DNA of 64,000 bases, from NCBI GenBank assembly GCA_965220775.1, contig OZ244845.1, forward strand, positions 1,683,034 to 1,747,033. The letters are read 5' to 3'. How positions within the stretch are numbered: position 1 is the first letter of the stretch; every line of letters begins with the position of its first letter. This document shows, piece by piece, positions 9,760-18,888 of this stretch. The DNA is from Chloroflexota bacterium. GTDB lineage: Bacteria; Chloroflexota; UBA6077; FW602-bin22; JBCLEL01. Made by a program: the position numbers and the translations under genes. The notes below the pieces were generated by a model that was given only the letters and a program-made list of their open reading frames with translations, was not told where the DNA came from and made no database searches.

Positions 9760-10622
9760 CGTCCGGCGAATGCCCGCTCCTTGACGAACGAGTGGTACTC
9801 GAAGATGGAGCCAGTCCTCGCCGGTTTCGGCAGCGGCAGCCTGACCTTCGTCATACTAGTCATGCGGTACTCGTGAGTTGGCTCGCCGCGCACGATAGTC
9901 TGGTCATACTCGTCGAGATCTCCAACGCCCGCGAGCGGCCACGCATCTACCGCGGTGTACTGGTAGAACAGCAGCCGACGCGGATTCGATGAGCGGTTGG
10001 GCGCTGAAGCGTGAAGTGTACCGCAATGATGGATCGTTACCCCACCCGCCTTCACTTCCACCGGTACCGCCGTGCTTAGGTCCACGTTCTCACGGCTCGG
10101 GGAGATAGCGCCCACGAAGACGCCGTCCTGATGCTCGTCGTAGATCGTCCCCTTGTGAGAGCCGGGAATGACCAGCAAGCAGCCATTTTCCAAGGTGCAA
10201 TCGTCTAGCGCGACACCCACCGCCACGAGATCGTCATTGGTGTGCGGGTAGTGGGCGAAGTCTTGATGCCATTCGATTGGGCTGCCCACTTCGGCAACCT
10301 TCATGTTCAGTTTGTCTCCTTGGAAACGGATGTCGGGGCCAATCAACGGACTTACGAGATCCAAGATCGCATCGGAACGCATCAAGCCCTCGAAGAACGG
10401 ATGCCACTTGCTTGGCGTTTTTAGACGCCTCAATAGCGGTCGTTCGGCAGTATGCTCTGGTTCCAGGTCAAAAATCTCGGAATGCTCGGAGACTTCCCGC
10501 GATTTTTCGACGAACTCATCGACGACGCGACGAGCTTCCTCTAGTTCCGATGGTGTGAGGACATTCTCCACTCCCAGGTAGCCGTGGGTCCGATAGTACT
10601 CAATTTGGTCGAGCGTAAGCAT
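9756..10622 (-). CDS. phytanoyl-CoA dioxygenase (PhyH) family oxygenase
   Basis: 288-aa ORF. PhyH-like N-terminus (LTLDQIEYYRTHGYLGVENVL), WHQD and a distal HHCGTLH histidine. Confidence 0.85.
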   Translation of the reverse strand: MLTLDQIEYYRTHGYLGVENVLTPSELEEARRVVDEFVEKSREVSEHSEIFDLEPEHTAERPLLRRLKTPSKWHPFFEGLMRSDAILDLVSPLIGPDIRFQGDKLNMKVAEVGSPIEWHQDFAHYPHTNDDLVAVGVALDDCTLENGCLLVIPGSHKGTIYDEHQDGVFVGAISPSRENVDLSTAVPVEVKAGGVTIHHCGTLHASAPNRSSNPRRLLFYQYTAVDAWPLAGVGDLDEYDQTIVRGEPTHEYRMTSMTKVRLPLPKPARTGSIFEYHSFVKERAFAGR

Positions 10623-10909
10623 GAACGAAACTCCACACTGGTTGGATCGCGTTTACACCGCAATCACACTAATTCTTCGATGACACGTCTCGCGCCACGG
10701 CAGCGTCTTTGCATGCCGTGGAAGACTCCGAGTAACCATAATACCATAACGCTCCAATAAATCCGCCTTGTGCCACCTACATTCAAATGACCCCACGTCT
10801 GGCCTTGCTATTCCCTGTGCCCGGTTGGGTCCAGACGGCCATGGTAAGATGAGTTGCGAACTGCGACCGGCTGCGAGCGGCGCACTTCTTGTAACCCGGG
10901 GGAAGCTCA

Positions 10910-11344
10910 TTGGCGGATAGATTCGACAAATTCACCGAGCGTGCGGTAAAAGTTCTCACCTTAGCGCAGGAAGAGGCGCAGCACTGCAACCGCAACTACG
11001 TAGGCACCGAGCACCTACTGCTAGGCCTCGTCCGCGAACGCGAGGGCGTCGCGGCTAGGGTGCTGGCAAATATGGGGGTAGAGCTGTCGAAAATGCGCTT
11101 GGCGATCGAATTCATCATCGGTCGCGGCGACCGAATGGTGATGGGCGAAATTGGACTAACCCCGCCTGCCAAGAAGGTCATAGAGCTTGCGGTTGATGAG
11201 GCCCGCCGGCTGAACCACCGCTATATCGGTACCGAGCATATTCTGCTCGGTTTGGTCCGAGAGGGTGAAGGAATCGCCGCCGGCGTCTTGGAGGCTTTGG
11301 GAGTTAGCCTCGACAAGGTGCGCGCGCAGGTAATGCTCGTTTGA
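10910..11344 (+). CDS. stand-alone Clp N-terminal (Clp_N repeat) domain protein, paralogue of the ClpC N-domain
   Basis: 144-aa ORF that aligns residue-for-residue with ClpC aa 1-141 (11426..). By eye about 13 substitutions. It shares the same roughly 65-bp leader and the TTG start context gggggaagctcaTTG. Confidence 0.75.
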   Translation: MADRFDKFTERAVKVLTLAQEEAQHCNRNYVGTEHLLLGLVREREGVAARVLANMGVELSKMRLAIEFIIGRGDRMVMGEIGLTPPAKKVIELAVDEARRLNHRYIGTEHILLGLVREGEGIAAGVLEALGVSLDKVRAQVMLV

Positions 11345-11425
11345 CTGTTGCCGGCCGTGTTAAGATTAACTGCGAATCGCGACCGGCTGCGAGCGGCGCA
11401 CTTTTTGTAACCCGGGGGAAGCTCA

Positions 11426-13882
11426 TTGGCGGATAGATTCGATAAATTCACCGAGCGAGCCAGAAAAGTTCTGACCTTAGCGCAAGAAGAGGCGCAGCGC
11501 TTCAACCACAACTACATAGGTACGGAGCACCTACTCCTGGGCCTTGTCCGCGAAGGCGAGGGTGTCGCGGCTAAAGTGCTGGCAAATATGGGAGTAGAGC
11601 TATCGAAAGTGCGCTCGGCGGTCGAATTTATCATCGGTCGCGGCGACCGAATGGTAATGGGCGAGATTGGACTGACTCCCCGTGCCAAGAAGGTTATAGA
11701 GCTTGCCGTTGACGAAGCCCGCCGGCTGAACCATCACTACATCGGCACCGAGCACATTCTGCTCGGTTTGGTCCGAGAGGGTGAAGGAATTGCCGCCGGC
11801 GTCTTGGAGAGTCTCGGAGTCAGCCTCGATAAGGTTCGCGCTCAGGTCATCCACCTTCTCAGCCAAAGTTCTACATACACGCAGCATGAGTCCCGCCAGC
11901 CGACCAGAACTCCGACAATCGACCAGATGGGAATTGACCTGACTGCGGCTGCCAGATCCGGCAAGCTCGATCCCGTCATCGGTAGGTTGACCGAAATCGA
12001 GCGCGTGGTTCAGATTCTTTCGCGTCGTACCAAGAACAATCCTGCCTTGATTGGCGAGCCCGGCGTTGGGAAAACAGCCATCGTCGAAGGATTGGCCCAG
12101 CGCATAGTGGCCGGCGACGTCCCCGAGACTTTGACAGGAAAGAGGCTGCTCACTCTCGACATCGGGTCGTTGGTTGCCGGTACCAAGTATCGGGGAGAGT
12201 TCGAAGAACGGCTAAAGAAGATCGTTGAAGAAATCCGGACCGCCGGCAACTGCGTCATGTTCATCGATGAGCTTCACACACTAGTGGGCGCCGGCGCTGC
12301 CGAGGGCGCGGTCGATGCCGCCAACATTCTCAAGCCGTCGCTTGCGCGTGGTGACCTCCAATGCATAGGCGCGACCACTCTTGATGAGTACCGAAAGTAC
12401 ATCGAGCGCGACGCCGCTTTGGAGCGCCGTTTTCAGCCGGTCACCGTTGAAGAACCCACAATCGAAGAGACGATCGCTATTTTGAAGGGTATCAAGGAGC
12501 GGTACGAGGCGCACCACCGGCTCGAGATATCCGAGGAAGCTATCCAAGCTGCCGCCGACTTGGCAGCCCGCTACATCGCCGACCGATTCCTTCCGGATAA
12601 GGCGATCGATTTGGTTGATGAGGCATCTTCTCGTGTCCGACTCAAGAAGTCGAAAGCGCCACCCTCTCTGAAAGATGCATTACAAGGACTCGAGGCGGTC
12701 CAGCGTGAAAAAGAGGCGGCTATCAGTGCCCAGCAGTATGAGTTGGCAGCCGATCTGCGCGACCGCGAGGTCAAGTTGCGGGAAAAGATCGACGCACTGG
12801 AGGCCGGCTGGCAAGAGACGCAAGCGGCCGGTAAAACGGTCGTCACCGGAGAGCATATCGCCGAAGTCGTCTCGATGTGGACTGGTGTCCCAGTTACCAG
12901 GATTGCTATGGAGGAGTCCGAGCGCCTGCTTCAAATGGAAGATGCGCTGCACAAACGTGTCGTCGGTCAACAGGAAGCCATCGTGACGATCTCCCGCGCC
13001 GTGCGGCGGGCCCGCGCCGGCCTTAAAGATCCTAAACGTCCAATCGGTTCGTTCATCTTTCTTGGCCCAACCGGAGTTGGCAAGACGGAGTTGGCACGCG
13101 CCTTGGCCGAGTTTTTGTTCGGCAGCGAAGAAAACATGATCAAGATCGACATGTCGGAGTTCATGGAGCGCCATTCGGTCGCCCGCTTGGTTGGCGCGCC
13201 TCCCGGTTACGTCGGGTACGATGAGGGCGGACAGCTTACCGAGGCCGTTCGACGCAAGGGATATTCGGTCGTACTGCTGGATGAGATCGAGAAGGCACAT
13301 CCTGAAGTCTTCAACATGCTCCTTCAGGTAATGGAAGACGGCCGCCTGACCGATGCCAAAGGCCGCAAGGTTGACTTCCGCAACACGATTATCGTGATGA
13401 CGTCGAACGTCGGCGCCGATTTAATCAAGAGGGACACGACGCTTGGGTTCACGGCGCGCGGCTCAGAAGCGAGTAATTCAGAAAGCGCCTACGTGAAAAT
13501 GAAAGAGAAGGTATTGGGCGAGCTGAAGAAGACGTTTAGGCCCGAGTTCATGAATAGGATTGATTCGGTGGTGGTATTCCGCGCGCTGAACAAGGAAGAA
13601 ATCCGGGCAATCGTCGATATATTGATGGGCCGGGTGCGTGCCCAGCTCATTGAACAGCAAATAACCCTCGAAATCGACGATGAAGCGAAGGATCTTTTGG
13701 CCGAGAAGGGGTGGGATCCGCAATTCGGCGCCCGGCCTCTGCGGCGGACTATCCAAAATATGATCGAAGATGAGCTTGCGGAACAGCTGTTGCAGGGACA
13801 ATTCAAGCAAGGATCAACCGTCAGTGTCACGGTCAAGGACGACAAGCTTGAGATGAAGGAGGTCGAGCTCGTAGGAGTTTGA
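11426..13882 (+). CDS. clpC: ATP-dependent Clp protease ATP-binding subunit ClpC
   Basis: 818-aa ORF with two Clp_N repeats, two AAA+ modules (GEPGVGKT and GPTGVGKT Walker A) and a UVR-like linker. Confidence 0.95.
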   Translation: MADRFDKFTERARKVLTLAQEEAQRFNHNYIGTEHLLLGLVREGEGVAAKVLANMGVELSKVRSAVEFIIGRGDRMVMGEIGLTPRAKKVIELAVDEARRLNHHYIGTEHILLGLVREGEGIAAGVLESLGVSLDKVRAQVIHLLSQSSTYTQHESRQPTRTPTIDQMGIDLTAAARSGKLDPVIGRLTEIERVVQILSRRTKNNPALIGEPGVGKTAIVEGLAQRIVAGDVPETLTGKRLLTLDIGSLVAGTKYRGEFEERLKKIVEEIRTAGNCVMFIDELHTLVGAGAAEGAVDAANILKPSLARGDLQCIGATTLDEYRKYIERDAALERRFQPVTVEEPTIEETIAILKGIKERYEAHHRLEISEEAIQAAADLAARYIADRFLPDKAIDLVDEASSRVRLKKSKAPPSLKDALQGLEAVQREKEAAISAQQYELAADLRDREVKLREKIDALEAGWQETQAAGKTVVTGEHIAEVVSMWTGVPVTRIAMEESERLLQMEDALHKRVVGQQEAIVTISRAVRRARAGLKDPKRPIGSFIFLGPTGVGKTELARALAEFLFGSEENMIKIDMSEFMERHSVARLVGAPPGYVGYDEGGQLTEAVRRKGYSVVLLDEIEKAHPEVFNMLLQVMEDGRLTDAKGRKVDFRNTIIVMTSNVGADLIKRDTTLGFTARGSEASNSESAYVKMKEKVLGELKKTFRPEFMNRIDSVVVFRALNKEEIRAIVDILMGRVRAQLIEQQITLEIDDEAKDLLAEKGWDPQFGARPLRRTIQNMIEDELAEQLLQGQFKQGSTVSVTVKDDKLEMKEVELVGV

Positions 13883-13909
13883 TCAGGGCGATTCACGACC
13901 TTACTTGAA

Positions 13910-13937
13910 GGGAGACGCTGCGAGTCTCCCTTTTTTT
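13910..13937 (+). terminator. rho-independent terminator after clpC
   Basis: GGGAGAC-gctgcga-GTCTCCC followed by TTTTTTT, 28 bp after the clpC stop. Confidence 0.75.
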
Positions 13938-13958
13938 CTGCCCATAAGGCGCAAATTG

Positions 13959-15341
13959 ATGGCCAATGGTCGACCCAAGCGACGTATCATCTACGTCTGC
14001 CGGCAGTGCGAAGCGCAGGCTCCCCAATGGCTCGGGCGATGCCCCGAATGCGGCGAATGGAACACACTGTTGGAGACCCCCGAGCCGCGACCGCCGGCTC
14101 CCGGCCCGTTAGCGACGAATAGGTCGGGCTCCACTCCTGTTGCGCTGGACGACGTTATCTTGCAGGACACGCCCCGCATCAGCACGTCTATTGCCGAACT
14201 CGACCGAGTGCTAGGGGGCGGTATCGTACATGGCTCGGTCATACTGCTAGGCGGTGATCCCGGTATTGGCAAGTCCACGCTCGCTTTGCAGGTAGCTGCG
14301 GGAATGGCAGGTCGAGATCAACCGATTCTTTACGTTTCCGGGGAAGAATCGACTGGTCAGATCGTGATGCGCGCCCAGAGAGTTGCTTCCACCAACACCA
14401 ACATTCTCGCTCTCTCCGAAACCTCCCTGGACCAATTGGTCCCACAGATAAGGCAGATCCGGCCTGCGCTCTTGATAATAGACTCGATCCAAGCGGTGTA
14501 CTTGGAAAGCCTGTCCGCGGCCGCTGGAAGTACAGGCCAGGTGAGAGAGTGTGCAATGGCGTTGCTTCGCTTAGCCAAGGAGTCGGTCATACCGACGATC
14601 ATCATCGGGCACGTAACTAAAGAGGGAGCCATAGCCGGGCCTCGCGCGTTAGAGCACATAGTGGACGTCGTGCTTTATCTGGAGGGCGAACGATTTCATA
14701 GCTATAGGCTATTGCGTGGTGTGAAAAACCGCTTCGGTTCGACGAACGAGGTTGGCGTTTTCGAAATGCTAGGTGATGGTCTCAAAGAAGTTAAGAATCC
14801 CTCACATGTTTTCCTTGCGGAGCGCCCTGCGGGCGCGGCCGGATCTACGGTTGCCGTGACTGTCGAGGGTACTCGTCCAATGCTGGTTGAGGTTCAGGCG
14901 CTGGCGACCTACAGCCCCCTCACGATTCCTCGTCGCACCGTCAACGGTGCCGACATGAATCGATTGCAGCTAATCATTGCGGTGTTGACGAAACGAGTGG
15001 GGCTTGGCCTGGTCAATCAGGATATCTACGTGAACGTAGTCGGTGGACTGCATGTTGAGGAGCCGGCTGCCGATCTTGCGGTAGCACTGGCAATCGCTTC
15101 GAGCTTCCGCGACCGACCGGTCGCCGGCGATTTGGTCGCGATTGGAGAAGTCGGTCTCGCCGGCGAGTTGAGAAGGGTCTCCCACTTGGAGCGGCGGCTC
15201 ACCGAGGCGTCGAAACTTGGCTTCACTCGATGCATCCTTCCAAGTGGGGCCGCGAGTGGATTGCCGGCACCGGCGAATTTGAACCTCCTGAGGTGCGCAA
15301 CGTTGGCTGAGGCGTTGGAGGCGGCGTGGCAGATCGTTTGA
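13959..15341 (+). CDS. radA: DNA repair protein RadA/Sms
   Basis: N-terminal zinc ribbon (CRQCEAQAPQWLGRCPECGEW), GDPGIGKST Walker A, KNRFG motif and a Lon-like C-terminus. The ATG at 13959 is chosen because the longer ORF (13905) overlaps the clpC terminator. Confidence 0.93.
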   Translation: MANGRPKRRIIYVCRQCEAQAPQWLGRCPECGEWNTLLETPEPRPPAPGPLATNRSGSTPVALDDVILQDTPRISTSIAELDRVLGGGIVHGSVILLGGDPGIGKSTLALQVAAGMAGRDQPILYVSGEESTGQIVMRAQRVASTNTNILALSETSLDQLVPQIRQIRPALLIIDSIQAVYLESLSAAAGSTGQVRECAMALLRLAKESVIPTIIIGHVTKEGAIAGPRALEHIVDVVLYLEGERFHSYRLLRGVKNRFGSTNEVGVFEMLGDGLKEVKNPSHVFLAERPAGAAGSTVAVTVEGTRPMLVEVQALATYSPLTIPRRTVNGADMNRLQLIIAVLTKRVGLGLVNQDIYVNVVGGLHVEEPAADLAVALAIASSFRDRPVAGDLVAIGEVGLAGELRRVSHLERRLTEASKLGFTRCILPSGAASGLPAPANLNLLRCATLAEALEAAWQIV

Positions 15342-16018
15342 ACGCGGACCTTACTGCGGTCATTCTAGCGGCCGGCCAGAGTCGGCGATTGGGCAGCGAC
15401 AAGTTGCTCTTGCCCATAGCGAAACGCCCTGTCATAGCTTGGACTCTCGACGCTTTCTCACGCAGCCACCTCGTGAGCCGGATTGTACTGGTCATATCCG
15501 AACGTAATCGCCGATTCTGCTCGGACCTGTTAGAACAAATGGGAATTGTTGACCGGACAGACCTAGTTGTTGGTGGGAATCGCCGGCAAGATTCCGCTCG
15601 GACCGGCCTTTTGGCTGCCAGAACCGAATGGATAGCGGTACACGATGGTGCCCGCCCCTTCACCAGTGGAGACCTAATTGAGCGAGGATTCCAGGCTGCT
15701 CAGTCTACCGGCGCTGCCGTACCCTGCCTGCCAGTAACCGACACTGTCAAACGGGTAGATTGCCAGGGTAGAGTCGTCGAGACTCTCAAGCGGTCCGAAT
15801 TGGTGTCGGTCCAGACGCCGCAGTTCTTTCGTCGGGATCTCTTGCTCGCCGCGGTTATGTCCGCCGGCGACGACGTGACCGACGATAGCTCATTGGTCGA
15901 AGCGATGGGTTCGCGAGTCCAAACGTTCAGGGGCGAGCCGTCAAACATCAAGATCACCAAGACAGAAGATATTAAACTGGCCGAAATGAGCGCCGCTGAA
16001 GCGTTGGTCCGGCGATGA
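15326..16018 (+). CDS. ispD: 2-C-methyl-D-erythritol 4-phosphate cytidylyltransferase
   Basis: 230-aa ORF with an AVILAAGQSRRLG motif. Overlaps radA by 16 bp and ispF by 4 bp. Confidence 0.9.
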   Translation: MADRLNADLTAVILAAGQSRRLGSDKLLLPIAKRPVIAWTLDAFSRSHLVSRIVLVISERNRRFCSDLLEQMGIVDRTDLVVGGNRRQDSARTGLLAARTEWIAVHDGARPFTSGDLIERGFQAAQSTGAAVPCLPVTDTVKRVDCQGRVVETLKRSELVSVQTPQFFRRDLLLAAVMSAGDDVTDDSSLVEAMGSRVQTFRGEPSNIKITKTEDIKLAEMSAAEALVRR

Positions 16019-16515
16019 GGGTAGGGATAGGTAACGACATTCACCGACTGATTGCCGGCCCCACGCTCGTCTTAGGCGGTGTCGACGTGCCATTCGACAA
16101 GGGGCCCGCGGCCCATTCTGATGGTGACGTCGCGATTCACGCCTTGATTGATGCGTTCTTGGGAGCCGCCGGCCTCGGAGACATCGGCACGCATTTCCCG
16201 GACAGCGAACCGCGTTATCGCGGGGCTTCGAGCATCGACCTGCTGCGACGCTGCATCGGGCTGCTGGGTGAGGCTGAATTCCGGCCCCACAATGTTGACA
16301 TTTCGATATTGATTGAACGGCCCCGGCTGGCGCCCTACCTGGGCCTGATGGTCGAGCGAATCGCCGCCGTGCTGGAATTGCCGGCAAATCGAGTCAATAT
16401 CAAGGTCGGAACAAACGAAGGTATGGACGCGATAGGTCGCGGAGAAGCAGTTGCCGCCCTGGCTGTCGTCACCGTGCTCGGAGGAGAAACCCAATTCGAA
16501 GATTCATCTACCTGA
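16015..16515 (+). CDS. ispF: 2-C-methyl-D-erythritol 2,4-cyclodiphosphate synthase
   Basis: 166-aa ORF with IspF signatures: RVGIGNDIHRL, HSDGDVAIHALIDAFLGA, GDIGTHFP. Confidence 0.92.
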   Translation: MRVGIGNDIHRLIAGPTLVLGGVDVPFDKGPAAHSDGDVAIHALIDAFLGAAGLGDIGTHFPDSEPRYRGASSIDLLRRCIGLLGEAEFRPHNVDISILIERPRLAPYLGLMVERIAAVLELPANRVNIKVGTNEGMDAIGRGEAVAALAVVTVLGGETQFEDSST

Positions 16516-16586
16516 TCTATTCGTCGCCGATTTATGCGACTTGCCTCCGGTCCGCAAACCATCTCCCAGGTTGAGGAACCTTCCGG

Positions 16587-17567
16587 TTAGCGAGGATCTC
16601 GCGACAGTATGCCGGCGCGAGCCATTGATTCTTCTACCCCGGACCCAGGTCGTCCGTTGCCCAATTGGTCGACGATTGGCCGTATGCGTCCATCACCTAC
16701 TCTGAGCCAATGCATCAACATTGCAAAGTCTACGCGTCGTTGGAGATCATCTCGCATAGGGGCAATTGCTTCGATCAACGCTTGCCGAGTCCCGTAACGC
16801 CATTTGTCCAGAGTCTGGTTCGAGTAGGCGCCGGCTGATATCGCCGGGGCGGCGTGGCGCGACAACCCGTATTGCTCTGCGATTGCTCCGGCAGAGCTCC
16901 TGAGCGCGCTGGACGACAGTCGAGTGAAATCGCTGCCTAGGGGCAGCCATCCAACCATTGCGGAAAATGACTGATTGGGTGGTGAACTCAGTAGAAGATC
17001 TAAGTCGGAACGGCCGTTGTCGCCCCGAGGCGCGACCATGAACCTCGCCAACCGAAAAAGTTGGCCCAGTTCCCGGTCGCGGTCTTGGTAATATCGCGGA
17101 TCCAAGATCTGCACGATCTTGTCGAAGCCTACCAGGAAAGTGAGCCCGCCAAGCTTGGGAAACGCTTTTCGGTAGGCGATTGCTTGATCCAGGTACAGAC
17201 CAAGATTTGTTACAGCTACCGAGACTCTTTGATGGGCCCGCCCAAGGCTTGTTAATGACACTAACCGGTCTACAAGACTGGCGCCTTGTTGCTCTGTCTT
17301 GTCTATTGTGTGGACGGCAATCGAGACTACTGCCTCGTCACACTGGACGGTGCCTAGCGCCTGCTCGATAATTGCTTCGTGGGCAATCGTCAAGGGATTG
17401 AACGAGCCGGCAAACACCGCCATCCGGCAGCCCGGCGCGGTGATACCGGGCGCTACGTAGATTGGCCTGAGAGTTGGTGCGGCGCTCTGCCTCAGTTGGG
17501 CCACGCTGTGCCGAATGGAAAGTGCCAGATCGAGATCGTCGAACGCCGCGAATCCCGGTGAATTCAA
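16587..17567 (-). CDS. cytidylyltransferase-like / NMN(NaMN) adenylyltransferase-family protein with a long C-terminal extension
   Basis: 326-aa ORF. FAGSFNPLTIAHEAII resembles the GxFxPxHxGH nucleotidyltransferase motif, with TIAH in place of HxGH. Confidence 0.6.
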   Translation of the reverse strand: MNSPGFAAFDDLDLALSIRHSVAQLRQSAAPTLRPIYVAPGITAPGCRMAVFAGSFNPLTIAHEAIIEQALGTVQCDEAVVSIAVHTIDKTEQQGASLVDRLVSLTSLGRAHQRVSVAVTNLGLYLDQAIAYRKAFPKLGGLTFLVGFDKIVQILDPRYYQDRDRELGQLFRLARFMVAPRGDNGRSDLDLLLSSPPNQSFSAMVGWLPLGSDFTRLSSSALRSSAGAIAEQYGLSRHAAPAISAGAYSNQTLDKWRYGTRQALIEAIAPMRDDLQRRVDFAMLMHWLRVGDGRIRPIVDQLGNGRPGSGVEESMARAGILSRDPR

Positions 17568-17613
17568 GCCAATCCGCTTGCCGGATCAGGTGAAAATCCT
17601 GAGACTGGTGACC

Positions 17614-17871
17614 TCAGACCGCCGCCTGGACCTTTTCTTCCACCTGGTCGGTTATCTCTTTGAGGTCAGGGAATCTGCCAGTGTCCCACTTCGAGTGTAT
17701 TTGCTCGCCGTCCACTGAGACCTCGAAGGCTCCGTTGAGACCGCCAATCAGCTTAACTGAGCCCACTTGACCCTTGAACTTAGTCATGATCTCGGCCGCC
17801 GTCCAGGCGGCCCGCAGCTGATAGTTTCAAGGTACGCAGTAGATTATTTCCATATGGAACGTATTATCCAT
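17614..17871 (-). CDS. SelW/Rdx-family selenoprotein (in-frame TGA = selenocysteine in a CxxU motif)
   Basis: Manual translation gives MDNTFHMEIIYCVP[TGA]NYQLRAAWTAAEIMTKFKGQVGSVKLIGGLNGAFEVSVDGEQIHSKWDTGRFPDLKEITDQVEEKVQAAV*. The TGA is at 17829-17827. A GGAGGAG RBS lies 4-5 nt upstream of the ATG. Rdx-family hallmarks are present: YCxxU, RAAW, FEVxVDGExI, GxFP. The gene is absent from the ORF track because of the TGA. Confidence 0.8.
17794..17812 (-). promoter_or_regulatory. candidate bacterial SECIS hairpin
   Basis: In the mRNA, UGA-aacuaucagcugcg-GGCCGCC-UGGAC-GGCGGCC. This is a 7-bp all-GC stem with a 5-nt loop, starting 14 nt after the UGA. Confidence 0.5.
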
Positions 17872-17984
17872 GTCACTCCTCCATTTGGCTTTGTGGGCTG
17901 AATCGGCACGCGTCCTTCCGCCCGCCAATCCATGTCCTATTTCTCTCTGTGCCTATTGTAGCCGATCCGGACGAATGGTACAGC

Positions 17985-18365
17985 ACACCCAAATCTCATA
18001 CCGTCGTGCGCCCGCGGCAACCGGCCTCCCATTCGTCATTCCCGCGGCGGTTGGAATCCACGCACCATCCTTCCGCGAAAGAACGTCAATCGCGATACCA
18101 CCACTTGCCCCCCAACGTAACGCCAGAAATCGGCCCCACGGTCGGTCATCCCGGCCAAAACATTCCCCCATATCGGCCCCCCCATACCCCGATACGGCGC
18201 CGGAATCCAGGGGAGGCGAGGGTCGACCCTGTAGCGCCGGGGCTTGTCCCCAGCCATGGACAAGCCGGCCATCCAACCGGTCAACCGCGCCGCCCATCTC
18301 GTCATTCCCGTGCAGCCATGTCCCGTACCCCGACACAGGGCCGGAATCCACCGGCCGGCGCTAAC
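17985..18365. repeat. intergenic cluster of short palindromic modules (cluster R3)
   Basis: Degenerate copies of cgtcattcccgcggcggttggaatcc, ccccgatacggcgccggaatccagggga, tgtagcgccggggcttgtccccagc and catgtcccgtaccccgacacagggccggaatcc. Confidence 0.8.
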
Positions 18366-18478
18366 CGTCTTCAAATCCCTGTGCGCGGAAGCGCCCTATA
18401 ATATATTTGTGGCTCGCACTATTCGATTGTATGACGAGCATTGCAGCGACGGGCGAATCCACCTAAAAGGAGTGAGAC

Positions 18479-18880
18479 GTGCATCCGATACCGATTGGTA
18501 CGCGAGGCAAAGCCAGTGAGACCGTGAGCGAGCAAAAGACCGCGAGCGCCGTCGCCAGCGGAGCGGTTCCAACATTCGCCACGCCGGCGATGATTGCTCT
18601 GATGGAGCGGGCATCGGTGAACGCCATTCGGCGTTTCTTGGACGAAGGGCAAGACAGCGTGGGAACGCTAGTCAACGTGACGCATCTGGCCCCTACGCCG
18701 GTAGGATGTAGGGTGCAAGCGGAGGCCGAGGTCACCGCAGTAGATGGCAGAAAAATCATGTTCAAGGTTTGTGCGTCTGACCCAATCGAGTTGATCGGAG
18801 AGGGCACACACGAGAGAGTGCTTGTGGATCGAGCAAAGTTTATTTCGAAGGCAGCGACCAAAGGCCGCGGCCTCGGTTAG
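18479..18880 (+). CDS. hotdog-fold thioesterase family protein
   Basis: 133-aa ORF. VPTFATPAMIALMERA and a VGTLVNVTHLAPTPVG core are typical of small hotdog thioesterases. AAGGAG RBS before the GTG start. Confidence 0.7.
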   Translation: MHPIPIGTRGKASETVSEQKTASAVASGAVPTFATPAMIALMERASVNAIRRFLDEGQDSVGTLVNVTHLAPTPVGCRVQAEAEVTAVDGRKIMFKVCASDPIELIGEGTHERVLVDRAKFISKAATKGRGLG

Positions 18881-18888
18881 ATTCTCGT

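Noticed and set aside
12680-13300. 206-aa minus-strand ORF, and other antisense ORFs inside clpC, radA, cobQ, E2, GGT and others
   Set aside because: They are antisense shadows within strongly supported genes, a typical product of GC-rich codon bias.
17870-18401. ORFs of 112-164 aa on both strands
   Set aside because: They overlap repeat cluster R3 in several frames and have low-complexity Pro/Arg-rich composition.
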